Below, in pieces: positions 9,929-19,473 of a stretch of 64,000 bases of DNA. Both the position numbers and the translations under genes were made by a program. The notes under the pieces are model-generated. The model had not been told where the DNA came from, searched no databases, and was given only the letters and a program-made list of their open reading frames with translations. Numbering within the stretch: the first letter of the stretch is position 1; the number at the start of each line of letters is the position of its first letter. The stretch spans positions 2,315-66,314 of the forward strand of contig DATATJ010000197.1 of assembly GCA_036268855.1 (NCBI GenBank). The letters run 5' to 3'. Origin of the DNA: Vicinamibacterales bacterium. Lineage in GTDB: Bacteria; Acidobacteriota; Vicinamibacteria; Vicinamibacterales; CAVVIG01.

Positions 9929-9933
9929 GCCGT

Positions 9934-10719
9934 CTACATGCCCGGCGGCGTAAACCGCCCGTCGGTCGCCGTCCAGCCGCCGTCGGCGAACAGGATGGTA
10001 CCCGTGACGTAGCTCGCGGCGTCGGACGCGAGAAACAGCGTCGGCCCGACCATCTCCTCGGCTGTCGCCCACCGCTTGAAGACGCTCTTCTCCGCGTACG
10101 CGTTGTACCAGGCGCTGTTCGCCTTGATCGGCGCCGTCAGCGGCGTCTCGACGACGCCCGGCCCGACCGCGTTGACACGCACGCCATGCGGTCCGAATTC
10201 GGCGGCGCCGACGCGCACGAGCTGCACGATCCCCGCTTTCGTCATCGCGTACACCGACTGGCCGGGCTCGACCACCTGCGACCGGATCGACGAAAAAATC
10301 ACGACGCTGCCGCTTTTCTGAGCGGTCATGATTCGCCCCGCCGCCTGGAGCACGTTGAAGGTGCCCTTCAGGTTCACGGCGACGACGCGATCGAACTCGT
10401 CCGCCGAGTACTGCAGAATCGGCTTGCGCACGTTGATGCTCGGCGTGCAGACGACGATGTCGAGGCGTCCGTGATCGCGGACGATGGCGTCGAAGGCGGT
10501 CGTCACGGCGGCGCCCTCCCTGATGTCGACGGCGGCGGCAGTCGCGCCCTGGCCGATCTGCTCGGCGACCGACTGCGCCGCTGCGGCGTTGGCGTCGAGG
10601 CAGACCACCGTCGCGCCCAGCCGCGCCGCGCCGATCGCCACGGCGGCGCCGATGCCGGATCCTCCGCCGACGATCGCAGCTGTCTTTCCCTTCAACGAAA
10701 AAATTCCGGCGTCGCTCAT
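9934..10719 (-). CDS. SDR family oxidoreductase
   Basis: KTAAIVGGGSGIGAAVA (TGxxxGIG) cofactor motif and YAMTKAGIVQL (YxxxK) catalytic motif. Confidence 0.9.
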   Translation of the reverse strand: MSDAGIFSLKGKTAAIVGGGSGIGAAVAIGAARLGATVVCLDANAAAAQSVAEQIGQGATAAAVDIREGAAVTTAFDAIVRDHGRLDIVVCTPSINVRKPILQYSADEFDRVVAVNLKGTFNVLQAAGRIMTAQKSGSVVIFSSIRSQVVEPGQSVYAMTKAGIVQLVRVGAAEFGPHGVRVNAVGPGVVETPLTAPIKANSAWYNAYAEKSVFKRWATAEEMVGPTLFLASDAASYVTGTILFADGGWTATDGRFTPPGM

Positions 10720-10738
10720 GAATGACCTCGCTGGATGG

Positions 10739-11830
10739 TCACCGCTTCAGATCGCGGGCGGCAGGCAATCCGGGGAGGCCGGTCGCCTGCGTGGCCGCCC
10801 GCACGATGGCCTGCGCCATCGCCTCGGCGGCCAGCGCGCCGACCACCGTGATGTCGGCGTCGCCCGGCCATCGGCCGGTCGCGAGCGAAAACACCGTGTC
10901 GCCGTCGCCGTTGGTGTGCGACGGATAAATCGCACGCGCATATCCGTCGTCGGCCATCAAGGCCATGCGGCCCGCTTCGGCTTTCGTCAGCTTGGCGTTG
11001 GTGGCGACGACGCCGATCGTCGTGTTCTCCGCCGGGCGCGGACGGGCGAGCACGCCGCTGCGCAGGATCTTGCGGGCGTCGGCGAACTCTCCCGTGGGCG
11101 TCAGGGCGCCCGCCACGACATGGCCCGAGTCGGGGTCGATGATGTCGCCGACGGCGTTGACCGCGACGATCGCGCCGACCACGAGGCCATTCGGCATGCG
11201 CAGCGCGAACGATCCGACGCCCGATTTCATCGGGCCGCGCTGGCCGGACGGCACGCCGGGACGCTCGGCGAATCCGCCAAGCTTGCCGACGGTCGCGCCA
11301 GCGCCGGCACCCACGCTGCCTTCCTCGACAGGTCGGGTCGTCGCCGCGTCCGCCGCTTTGTAGCCACAATCGGCGGTCGGGCGGATCTTCGGGTTGCCGC
11401 CGACCGGCAAGTCGAACAGGATCGCGGCCGGAACGATGGGGACGTGTGCGATGCGCACGTCGAAGCCGATGTTGTGCTCGTCGAGCCAGCGCACCGTGCC
11501 GCTTGCGGCGTCGAGGCCGAATGCGCTGCCGCCCGCGAGCACGATGGCGTTCACCTTGTCCACCATGTTGAGCGGGTTGAGCAGATCGGTTTCGCGCGTG
11601 CCCGGCGCGCCGCCTCGCTGCGAGACGCCGCCGACGGCGTCGCCGTCAACGAGAATCGCGGTGCAGCCCGTTGGCCGTTCGCTGAGCGTGAACTGCCCGA
11701 CCTTGATGCCCTCGACCGCCGTCAGCGTCTGGTTCGCAGACACCGGAGCGGGCTGATCCACGGAGCGCGCCGCCGGCGCGACCGCTAGCAGGGACGCGCC
11801 AGCGATGCCGACGATGATCGATCGGTTCAT
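10739..11830 (-). CDS. P1 family peptidase (MEROPS S58, DmpA/BapA-like), secreted; paralog of 8819..9868
   Basis: Internal ATG (CAT 11828-11830) gives MNRSIIVGIAGASLLAVAPAA, a signal peptide. Same motifs as the paralog: GIKVGQFT, GSVGAGAGATVGK, NTTIGVVATNAKLTKAEA, DGDTVFSLATG. Confidence 0.85.
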   Translation of the reverse strand: MNRSIIVGIAGASLLAVAPAARSVDQPAPVSANQTLTAVEGIKVGQFTLSERPTGCTAILVDGDAVGGVSQRGGAPGTRETDLLNPLNMVDKVNAIVLAGGSAFGLDAASGTVRWLDEHNIGFDVRIAHVPIVPAAILFDLPVGGNPKIRPTADCGYKAADAATTRPVEEGSVGAGAGATVGKLGGFAERPGVPSGQRGPMKSGVGSFALRMPNGLVVGAIVAVNAVGDIIDPDSGHVVAGALTPTGEFADARKILRSGVLARPRPAENTTIGVVATNAKLTKAEAGRMALMADDGYARAIYPSHTNGDGDTVFSLATGRWPGDADITVVGALAAEAMAQAIVRAATQATGLPGLPAARDLKR

Positions 11831-11888
11831 GGTGTCCTCGATGGCGACGGGTGCACTGCGTAGCCATCCTATAAGAACGCGAGGAAGT

Positions 11889-11917
11889 TTGACTACCTGC
11901 GTCGTTTCTAGTAGAAA
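11889..11917 (+). promoter_or_regulatory. candidate sigma70-type promoter for the TonB-dependent receptor gene
   Basis: ttgact (11889-11894), 17-nt spacer, tagaaa (11912-11917). GGAGG at 11935-11939 lies 6 nt before ATG 11946. By-eye match only. Confidence 0.3.
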
Positions 11918-11945
11918 CCGGACGCCAACACACCGGAGGCCTGCT

Positions 11946-14900
11946 ATGCGGCGCAGCATTCACGCGTGGACCGTCTTGTTCGTGGTCGCTGCTCTTCTTC
12001 ATCCGCGGGCGGGCGCCGCGCAGGTGACCGGATCGGTCGCCGGCGTGGTCCGCGATTCGAGCGGCGCGGTGCTGCCGGGCGCAACCGTGACGCTGAAGGG
12101 GCCCTCTCTCCAGCGGGAGAGCGCGGTCGTGACGACGAACGCGGAAGGCGCGTATCGGATTTCGCTGGTGCCGCCCGGCGCCTACGACGTTACGGTCGAG
12201 CTGTCCGGATTCGCCAGGCAGGAGCAGCACACCGTCGGCGTGGCGCTGAACCAGGTGACCACGCTCGACTTCACCATGAGCGTCGGCGGCGTGGCCGAGT
12301 CCGTGCAGGTGTCGGCCGACGCACCGCTCGTGCAGGTGGCGCGCTCGGACGTGACGAACACCGTGACGCAGCGCACGATCGACGCGCTGCCGCTGAACGG
12401 ACGTAACTTCACCGACCTGATTGCGCTGGTGCCGGGCGCGAAGCCAGACCCGGATCTCACCACGGGCGCGAACGTGGAGATTTTCGGCGAGCGCGCCGGG
12501 GCCGTCTCCTATCTGGTGGACGGCGCCGAAAACAACGATCCCGTGAATGGCGGCGCGCTGCTGCGCTTCACGCAGGATTCGATCAAGGAATTCGAGGTGA
12601 TCACGACCGGGTACGAAGCCGAATTCGGCCGCGCCCAGGGCGGTGTGGCGAACATCGTGACGCGGTCGGGCAGCGACGACTGGGCGGGGCGCGGGTTTTT
12701 GTTCGGCCGCAACGATCGCTTCGACACGTCGAACATTCCCGATCCATCGCCGGTGCCGGCAGGGTACGCGAAGCCGAAGCCGCCGGAGCTCCAGCGCTAT
12801 CAGTGGGGCGGCACGGCCGGGGGGCCGATCGTCAAGGACCAGGCCTTCTTCTTCGGATCGTTCGAGAAGCTGAACGAGACGCGCGGCGTCAACATCGACC
12901 AATCGAAGATCCCGCCGTTCGTGTTGAGCGGCCTGGCGACGCCGCAGCATGTCGAGGACTTCGGGGTGGCGCCGAAGAGCAGCGGCTTCACCGGTCTGTT
13001 CAAGGTGGACGCGAACCTCTCGACGAACAACCGGCTCACGGGGTCGATCAACCGTTCGACGCTCAGCAACACCGGATCGATCAGCTCGCCGGTGGCTGGC
13101 ACGATTGCGCTGCCCAGTGCGGCGGCGTCCACTGCGCAGCCCGCCACGAGCGCCGTATTTCGTGAGACGGCGGTTCTCGGGCCGAAGATGTTCCTGGAGA
13201 CCACCGGCACGTACGTGCGCGGCGAGAACGGGAACAATCTCGATCAGACGGCGCGGTCCGAGCCGGTGCTTTTGCTGCTGCGATCGGGTTTCCTGCAGAC
13301 GGGCGCGCCGTTCGGCGGCCAGACCGACCAACGGAGCCGGCGCTATCAGGCCGCGCAGTCGCTCAGCTACTTCGCTCCCGGCCACGGGGGCGATCACCAG
13401 TTCAAGTTCGGGTGGGACTTCAATCACATCACGCTGACCGGTTACAGCCAGGTGACGAACGACGTCGAGTTTTCGCCGGGCTTTCTCGCCGCGGATCAGA
13501 ATGCCGTCTTCACCAGCGACTTCAACCTGTACGGCTTTCAGCAGTCGGCGGCGCGGTTCTTCACGTTATCGGCGAGCCCGGACGGCAACCTGAACCTGGA
13601 CATCAAGACGAATGACGTCTCCGGCTTCGCGCAAGATACCTGGCAGATTCACCCGGACGTGACGCTCAACGCGGGCGCGCGCTACGACTACTCGAGCCTC
13701 TTTGGCGGCTACAAGAAAGCGTTCGCGCCGCGCCTCGGCGTGGCGTGGGACGTCGCCGGGCGGCACCAGACGATCGTCAAGGCGAACTACGGCCTGTTCT
13801 TCGATCGCAACCTGCTGGCGGCGGCGTCCACGGTGCCCGAGAAGGGCGGCATCTTCACGAAGGCGGTGTTCGACGTGGCGCTCCCGCGCCTCGGCGCGGA
13901 CTACACCAACTCGCTCATCGACTACGTCATTACATCCGGATTCCCGACCGCCACCGGCGGCTTCGGGCCGCCCGAGAACCCGCTGTACTCGCAATTCGCG
14001 GCCGACCTGCGGAGCGATCCGCTGTCGTTGTACAGGTCGCTGGGCATCAACGTCAGCGACCCGACGAAAGCGCCGGTGGTCACGGCCGACAACATCCAGC
14101 AGTTGTCGGGCAAGACGCCGGCTCAGGCGGTGGCGCTGCTCGACGCGAAATATCCCGGCACCGACTTCCGGTTCTTCGACGTTCCCGGCGGATCGATCGT
14201 CGGCAACCGCGTGCTGTCGTTCTTTCCGCGCGGGCCCCTCGAGGTGACGCGCACGGTGTCGCAGTACTCGCAGGATCAGGTGCCGTATACGAATGCGTTC
14301 AACGTGGGCGTCGACCAGGAGATCGGATCGGATGTGAGCGTGTCGGCGATGTTCGTCCATCGCCGGACGAGAGGGCTCCTGACGCGACGCATCACGAATC
14401 TCTACGATGTGCCGCAAGGCGACGCGAATTTCGGCAAGACGACCGACGGCGGCCCGCAGATCAGCGAAGTGACCTACGACGGGCTGGTGAACTACGACGG
14501 CATCATCCTCTCCGTCCGGCGCCGCTTCACCACGCACTACCAGGTCGGTCTCTCGTATACCGGATCGCGCGCGCGCGACAACCTGCTCACCGGAACCGTG
14601 GGATCGACGTTCGCGAACAACAACCATCCGGAGCTCGACTACGGGCCGTCGAACCAGTCCGCTCCGCACATCTTCGTCGGCAACGCGGCGATCGTGCTGC
14701 CCTTCGACCTGAACGTGGGCGTGGTCGCCTTCTGGCGGAGCGGCACGGCGTTCAATCCGCGCGGAATCATCGACAGCGACGGCGACGGGCTGGTGGATCA
14801 GCGCGACCTCACGCAGCCGCGTAATGCGTTTCGCGTCAAGCCGTACTCCGATGTGGATCTGCGGCTGGAGAAAAAGCTTCCGTTCGGGCGCCAGTCGGCC

Positions 14901-15050
14901 AGCGTGCTGATCGAGGCGTTCAATATCTTCAACCGCGCCAACGTCGCGAACGTGAACGCGGTAGCGGGGCCAACGTTCGGCACGCCCGTCGCGTACCTGC
15001 CGGGGCGCGAGGTCCAGCTGGGCATCCGGTACTTCTTCGGGCCGCAGTAG
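11946..15050 (+). CDS. TonB-dependent receptor-like outer-membrane protein with N-terminal CarboxypepD_reg domain
   Basis: MRRSIHAWTVLFVVAALL is a signal peptide. GSVAGVVRDSSGAVLPGATVTL..GAYRISLVPPGAYDVTVELSGF is a CarboxypepD_reg fold. IDALPLNGRNFTDLIALVPGA is plug-like. A long beta-rich body ends in ..VQLGIRYFF. Start moved to ATG 11946. Confidence 0.8.
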   Translation: MRRSIHAWTVLFVVAALLHPRAGAAQVTGSVAGVVRDSSGAVLPGATVTLKGPSLQRESAVVTTNAEGAYRISLVPPGAYDVTVELSGFARQEQHTVGVALNQVTTLDFTMSVGGVAESVQVSADAPLVQVARSDVTNTVTQRTIDALPLNGRNFTDLIALVPGAKPDPDLTTGANVEIFGERAGAVSYLVDGAENNDPVNGGALLRFTQDSIKEFEVITTGYEAEFGRAQGGVANIVTRSGSDDWAGRGFLFGRNDRFDTSNIPDPSPVPAGYAKPKPPELQRYQWGGTAGGPIVKDQAFFFGSFEKLNETRGVNIDQSKIPPFVLSGLATPQHVEDFGVAPKSSGFTGLFKVDANLSTNNRLTGSINRSTLSNTGSISSPVAGTIALPSAAASTAQPATSAVFRETAVLGPKMFLETTGTYVRGENGNNLDQTARSEPVLLLLRSGFLQTGAPFGGQTDQRSRRYQAAQSLSYFAPGHGGDHQFKFGWDFNHITLTGYSQVTNDVEFSPGFLAADQNAVFTSDFNLYGFQQSAARFFTLSASPDGNLNLDIKTNDVSGFAQDTWQIHPDVTLNAGARYDYSSLFGGYKKAFAPRLGVAWDVAGRHQTIVKANYGLFFDRNLLAAASTVPEKGGIFTKAVFDVALPRLGADYTNSLIDYVITSGFPTATGGFGPPENPLYSQFAADLRSDPLSLYRSLGINVSDPTKAPVVTADNIQQLSGKTPAQAVALLDAKYPGTDFRFFDVPGGSIVGNRVLSFFPRGPLEVTRTVSQYSQDQVPYTNAFNVGVDQEIGSDVSVSAMFVHRRTRGLLTRRITNLYDVPQGDANFGKTTDGGPQISEVTYDGLVNYDGIILSVRRRFTTHYQVGLSYTGSRARDNLLTGTVGSTFANNNHPELDYGPSNQSAPHIFVGNAAIVLPFDLNVGVVAFWRSGTAFNPRGIIDSDGDGLVDQRDLTQPRNAFRVKPYSDVDLRLEKKLPFGRQSASVLIEAFNIFNRANVANVNAVAGPTFGTPVAYLPGREVQLGIRYFFGPQ

Positions 15051-15057
15051 CGGACGC

Positions 15058-16332
15058 ATGACCGTCACCGAGCGCGTGGTCGCCGAGGTCGACCGGGCCG
15101 CCGACGAGATCGTCGCGTACACCGCGGACCTCGTTCGCATTCCCACGGTCAACCCACCGGGCGACGAGTACGAGGCGTGCGCGCATTTCATCGGCGACGA
15201 TTTCGCGCGGCGCGGCCTCGCCGTCGAATATATCGCCGCCGAGGGGCGGCCGGAGCACACCGCCAGGTTCCCGCGGGTGAACGTCGTCGGATCGCGTCGG
15301 GGCGGTCCCGGGCCGGTCGTGCACCTCAACGGCCATTTCGATGTGGTGCCGGCCGGCGATGGCTGGACCGTCGATCCGTTCGGCGGTCTCGTGCGCGACG
15401 GGCGGATCTACGGACGCGGCGCGTGCGACATGAAGGCGGGGATCGCAGCGGCGCTGTTCGCCGCCGAAGCGATCGAGCGCGCCGGCGTGCGGCTGCCCGG
15501 CACCATCGAGATTAGCGGGACAGTGGACGAAGAGAGCGGCGGGTTTGCCGGCGTCGCGTATCTCGCCGAGCAGGGGCGCATCGCCAGCGGCCGCACCGAC
15601 TTCGTGATCATCCCCGAGCCGCTGAACGTCGACCGCATCTGCATCGGCCATCGCGGCGTCTACTGGTTCGACGTGACGGCGCGCGGCCGGATCGGCCACG
15701 GCAGCATGCCGTTTCTGGGCGTCAACGCGATCGAGGGCATGGGTCAGCTCCTGCAGCTTGTGCGCGAGGATCTGGCGCCGGCGCTGGCGGCGCGGACGAC
15801 CGCCGTGCCGGTGGTGCCGAGCGGCGCGCGGCATGCGACGATCAACATCAACGGCATCGAGGGTGGCCAGCCGGTCGGCGGCATTCAAACGCCTTGCGTG
15901 GCCGATCTCTGTCGCGCGGTGTTCGATCGACGGTTTCTGATGGAAGAGGGATTCGAGGCGGCCCGGACCGAGATCGCGCAGCTCGTGCGCCGCGCGTCGG
16001 AGCGCGCGCCCGGCGTCCGGTTCGACGTGCGCGATCTGATGGTCGTCCACCCGACGCAAACGCCGCACGACTCGCCGGTCATCGCCGCGTTGGACCGATC
16101 GATGCGGCACATCCTCGGCAAGCCGGCCGAGCTCGTCGCGAGCCCCGGCACCTACGACCACAAGCACGTCGCCCGCATTGCTCACGTGCCGCATTGCGTC
16201 GCATACGGACCGGGCATCCTCGACCTGGCGCACCAGCCTGACGAGTGGTGCGGCATCGACGACCTGCTGAACGCGACGAAAATCATCGCGCTGGCGACGC
16301 TCGACCTCATCGGGGCCCACGGCGATAATTGA
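15058..16332 (+). CDS. M20 family ArgE/DapE-type deacylase
   Basis: [42 protein letters not shown] are M20 metal-ligand motifs. No signal peptide. Confidence 0.85.
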   Translation: MTVTERVVAEVDRAADEIVAYTADLVRIPTVNPPGDEYEACAHFIGDDFARRGLAVEYIAAEGRPEHTARFPRVNVVGSRRGGPGPVVHLNGHFDVVPAGDGWTVDPFGGLVRDGRIYGRGACDMKAGIAAALFAAEAIERAGVRLPGTIEISGTVDEESGGFAGVAYLAEQGRIASGRTDFVIIPEPLNVDRICIGHRGVYWFDVTARGRIGHGSMPFLGVNAIEGMGQLLQLVREDLAPALAARTTAVPVVPSGARHATININGIEGGQPVGGIQTPCVADLCRAVFDRRFLMEEGFEAARTEIAQLVRRASERAPGVRFDVRDLMVVHPTQTPHDSPVIAALDRSMRHILGKPAELVASPGTYDHKHVARIAHVPHCVAYGPGILDLAHQPDEWCGIDDLLNATKIIALATLDLIGAHGDN

Positions 16333-18038
16333 TGGTCATGAAAACAGCCGCTTTGCTGCTCGTCGTCGTGTGCGCTGCCGCCGCGGGATGTTCGGACAAG
16401 AGGCCGCCGCCGGCGGTGGAGGCGCCGCCGCCGCCCGCGCCGCAGCACGTCCCGATCGGCCAGCTGCCGCCGATCGACATCAACGCGGTGCTCGCGCACA
16501 CCAAGGCGCTCGCGTCCGACGACTTCGAGGGACGCGCGCCCGGCACGCCTGGCGAAGAGCGCACCGTCGCGTTTCTCGTGGACCAGTTCAAGAAGGCTGG
16601 CCTCAAGCCGGGCAACACCGACGGCACGTACATTCAGAAAGTACCGCTCGTCGGCATCACGCCCTCGCCGGCGCCGCTCGTTCTCAAGAAAGGAACCGCG
16701 ACGCAGACGCTCAAATGGAAAGACGATGTGGTGGCGTGGTCGAAGCACGTGGCTCCGTCAGCGAGCATCGCGGACTCCGAGCTGGTGTTCGTCGGCTATG
16801 GCGTGGTGGCGCCCGAGTTCAACTGGGACGACTACAAGGGCATCGACGTCAAGGGCAAGACGCTGGTGATGCTCGTCAACGATCCGCCCGTGCCAGATCC
16901 GGCCAACCCGTCCGTGCTGGATCCGAAGACGTTCGGCGGCAAGGCGATGACGTATTACGGCCGGTGGACGTACAAGTACGACATCGGCGCGCAGAAGGGT
17001 GCCGCGGGCGTGCTGATCGTTCACGAGACCGGCCCCGCCGGCTACCCGTTCAACGTCGTCCAGGGAAAGACCGGCGAGCAGTTCGACCTCGTCACGCCCG
17101 ACAAGAACATGGGGCGCGCGGCGATCGAGGGGTGGATCACGCTCGACCAGGCCACGGCGCTGATGACAATGGCCGGCCAGGATTTCGACGCTCTGAAGGC
17201 GCAGGCCGCGACGCGCGAGTTCAAGCCGGTGCCGCTCGGCGTGACGGCGTCGATGACGATTCACAACAAGCTGCGCACGATCAACTCGAAGAACGTGATC
17301 GCGAAACTCGACGGCAGCGATCCGGTGCTCGGCCACGAGTTCGTCGTCTACAGCGCGCACTGGGACCATTTCGGCAAGGGCCCGGAGGGCATTTTTCACG
17401 GCGCGGAAGACGACGCGCTGGGATGCGCCGCGCTGATTGAGCTCGGTCGAACGTTCACGAAGCTGCCGGCGCCGCCGCGGCGCTCGATTCTGTTTCTCGC
17501 CGTCACCGCCGAAGAGCAGGGTCTGCTCGGATCGGAGTACTACGCGGTGACGCCGATCTATCCGCTGGCGAAGACCGTCGCGGACATCAACCTGGACAGC
17601 TGGAACGTCCATGGGCGGACAAAAGATCTCACGATTGTCGGGTACGGCGCGTCCGATCTCGACGACTACGCGCGCGACGCCGCCGGCGAGCAGGGCCGCG
17701 TCGTGCACGCGGATGCCGAATCGGAGAAGGGGTTCTACTACCGTTCCGATCATTTCAACTTCGCGAAGCAGGGAGTGCCGGCGCTCGACCCGGATGGCGG
17801 CATGGACTACATCGGCAAGCCGGCCGGGTTCGGACAGAAGGTGCGCGACGAGTGGACGACGAAGCGCTATCACCAGCCTTCGGACGTCGTGCTGCCGGAC
17901 TGGGATCTCACCGGCACGCGCGAGGATCTGAAGGTGTTTTTCGCGGTCGGCTATCGCGTCGCCGAGGCGGACAAGATCCCGGAGTGGAAGCCGGGGAACG
18001 AGTTCAAGGCCAAGCGCGACGCGATGCTCAAGAAGTAG
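16332..18038 (+). CDS. M28 family peptidase with PA domain, lipoprotein
   Basis: [18 protein letters not shown] is a lipobox. [33 protein letters not shown] and [14 protein letters not shown] are M28 motifs. The start is ambiguous (TTG 16329, ATG 16332 or 16338) and overlaps the M20 stop. Confidence 0.85.
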   Translation: MVMKTAALLLVVVCAAAAGCSDKRPPPAVEAPPPPAPQHVPIGQLPPIDINAVLAHTKALASDDFEGRAPGTPGEERTVAFLVDQFKKAGLKPGNTDGTYIQKVPLVGITPSPAPLVLKKGTATQTLKWKDDVVAWSKHVAPSASIADSELVFVGYGVVAPEFNWDDYKGIDVKGKTLVMLVNDPPVPDPANPSVLDPKTFGGKAMTYYGRWTYKYDIGAQKGAAGVLIVHETGPAGYPFNVVQGKTGEQFDLVTPDKNMGRAAIEGWITLDQATALMTMAGQDFDALKAQAATREFKPVPLGVTASMTIHNKLRTINSKNVIAKLDGSDPVLGHEFVVYSAHWDHFGKGPEGIFHGAEDDALGCAALIELGRTFTKLPAPPRRSILFLAVTAEEQGLLGSEYYAVTPIYPLAKTVADINLDSWNVHGRTKDLTIVGYGASDLDDYARDAAGEQGRVVHADAESEKGFYYRSDHFNFAKQGVPALDPDGGMDYIGKPAGFGQKVRDEWTTKRYHQPSDVVLPDWDLTGTREDLKVFFAVGYRVAEADKIPEWKPGNEFKAKRDAMLKK

Positions 18039-18050
18039 GACGGAAACCTC

Positions 18051-19385
18051 ATGGCTACTGAAACCACCAGAAAGACGATGACCGGCGACGAGATGATCGC
18101 GCTCTCGAAGCAGCACACGCTGTTCGAGTGGTCGGCGCAGTCGAAAGTGGATCCGATTCCGGTGGCGCGCGCCAAGGGCATTTACTTCTGGACGCCCGAA
18201 GGCAAGCGCTTCATCGACTTCAACAGCCAGCTGATGTGCGTGAACATCGGCCATGGCGACCAGCGTGTGAACCGCGCGATCCAGGAACAGCTTGACGCGT
18301 TCGCCTACGCCAACCCGTTCATGGCGACCGAACCGCGCGCGCGGCTCGGCGCCAAGCTCGCCGAGATCGCGCCGGGCGACATCGACGTGTTCTTCTTCAC
18401 CAACGGCGGGTCGGAGGCGAACGAGAACGCGATCAAGCTCGCGCGGCTCGCGACCGGGCGCCACAAGATCCTGGCGCGATACCGTTCGTATCATGGGGCG
18501 ACGGCCGGCAGCATCGCGCTGACCGGCGATCCGCGCCGATGGTCGGCGGAGCCCGGAATGCCGGGCGTCGTGCACGTGCTGGACCCGTACCACGGCATCG
18601 CGCGCGGGTGGGACAGCGCGGAGCAGTCGCTGGCCATGCTCGAGGAGGTGATTCAGCTGGAAGGAGCGCAGACGATCGCGGCCTTCATCCTGGAGTCGGT
18701 GACCGGGACCAACGGCGTGCTCGCGCCGCCCGACGGGTATATGCAGGGCGTGCGCGAGCTGTGCACGAAGCACGGCATCCTGATGATCTGCGACGAGGTG
18801 ATGGCCGGCTTCGGCCGCACCGGCAAGTGGTTCGCGATCGACCATTGGCAGGTCGTTCCGGACATCCTCACGATGGCGAAGGGGCTGACGAGCGCCTACA
18901 TCCCACTGGGCGCCGTCGGCATGCGGCGCGCGATCGCGAGCCAGTTCAAAGACAAGGTCTTCTACGGCGGCCTCACCTACAACAGCCATCCGCTCGCGTG
19001 TGCCGCCGCGCTCGCGACGATCGAGGTGTACGAGGAAGATCACCTGATCGAGAACGCGCAGCGCATGGGCGCGCTGATGAAGGACCTGCTCGTCGACCTC
19101 TCGCGGCGGCATCCGTCGGTTGGCGCCGCCCGTTCGATCGGGTTGTTCGGCCTCGTCGAGCTGGTGCGCGATCGCGCCCGGCAGACGCCGCTCGCGCCGT
19201 TCAACGGCACCTCCGACGAAATGGCCGCCCTCGGAAAGTTCTTCCGCCAGGAGGGGCTCTACACGTTCGTGCGCTGGAATACGTTCTTCACGAATCCGCC
19301 GCTGTGTATCACCGAGGCGGAGCTGCGCGAGGCGTTCGCGATCATCGATCGCGGGCTCGAGATCACGGACGGGGCGGTCGTATAG
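18051..19385 (+). CDS. class-III (omega) aminotransferase
   Basis: FFTNGGSEANENAIKLAR, ICDEVMAGFGRTGKWFA and ILTMAKGLTSAY (PLP lysine context). Confidence 0.9.
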   Translation: MATETTRKTMTGDEMIALSKQHTLFEWSAQSKVDPIPVARAKGIYFWTPEGKRFIDFNSQLMCVNIGHGDQRVNRAIQEQLDAFAYANPFMATEPRARLGAKLAEIAPGDIDVFFFTNGGSEANENAIKLARLATGRHKILARYRSYHGATAGSIALTGDPRRWSAEPGMPGVVHVLDPYHGIARGWDSAEQSLAMLEEVIQLEGAQTIAAFILESVTGTNGVLAPPDGYMQGVRELCTKHGILMICDEVMAGFGRTGKWFAIDHWQVVPDILTMAKGLTSAYIPLGAVGMRRAIASQFKDKVFYGGLTYNSHPLACAAALATIEVYEEDHLIENAQRMGALMKDLLVDLSRRHPSVGAARSIGLFGLVELVRDRARQTPLAPFNGTSDEMAALGKFFRQEGLYTFVRWNTFFTNPPLCITEAELREAFAIIDRGLEITDGAVV

Positions 19386-19473
19386 CGATCGCGTGATCGA
19401 GATGATCGGCGCTGATCTCGTAGAGCGCGCGAAGAAATACCTTCATCTCATTTCCGTGGTGAGCGTGATCGTT

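Noticed and set aside
8819-10072. The 417-aa version of the S58 ORF, with N-terminal extension ..GNRDQGSGIRDRGSGIG...
   Set aside because: The extension is a translation of the heptamer repeat and of the 3' end of the SDR gene. An internal ATG gives a proper signal peptide. The same logic was applied to other over-long track ORFs: 10739..11959, 30427..30864, 30791..31972, 36554..38479, 39945..43208 and 42985..44553.
16758-19112. Very long antisense or alternate-frame ORFs, for example 16758..19112 (784 aa), 19549..21618 (689 aa), 23931..26177 (748 aa), 32848..34950 (700 aa), 39447..41618 (723 aa) and 40162..42126 (654 aa).
   Set aside because: These are typical high-G+C shadow ORFs. They are extremely Arg/Ala/Gly/Pro-rich with no recognisable motifs. 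Each lies opposite, or out of frame with, an ORF that has clear family signatures.
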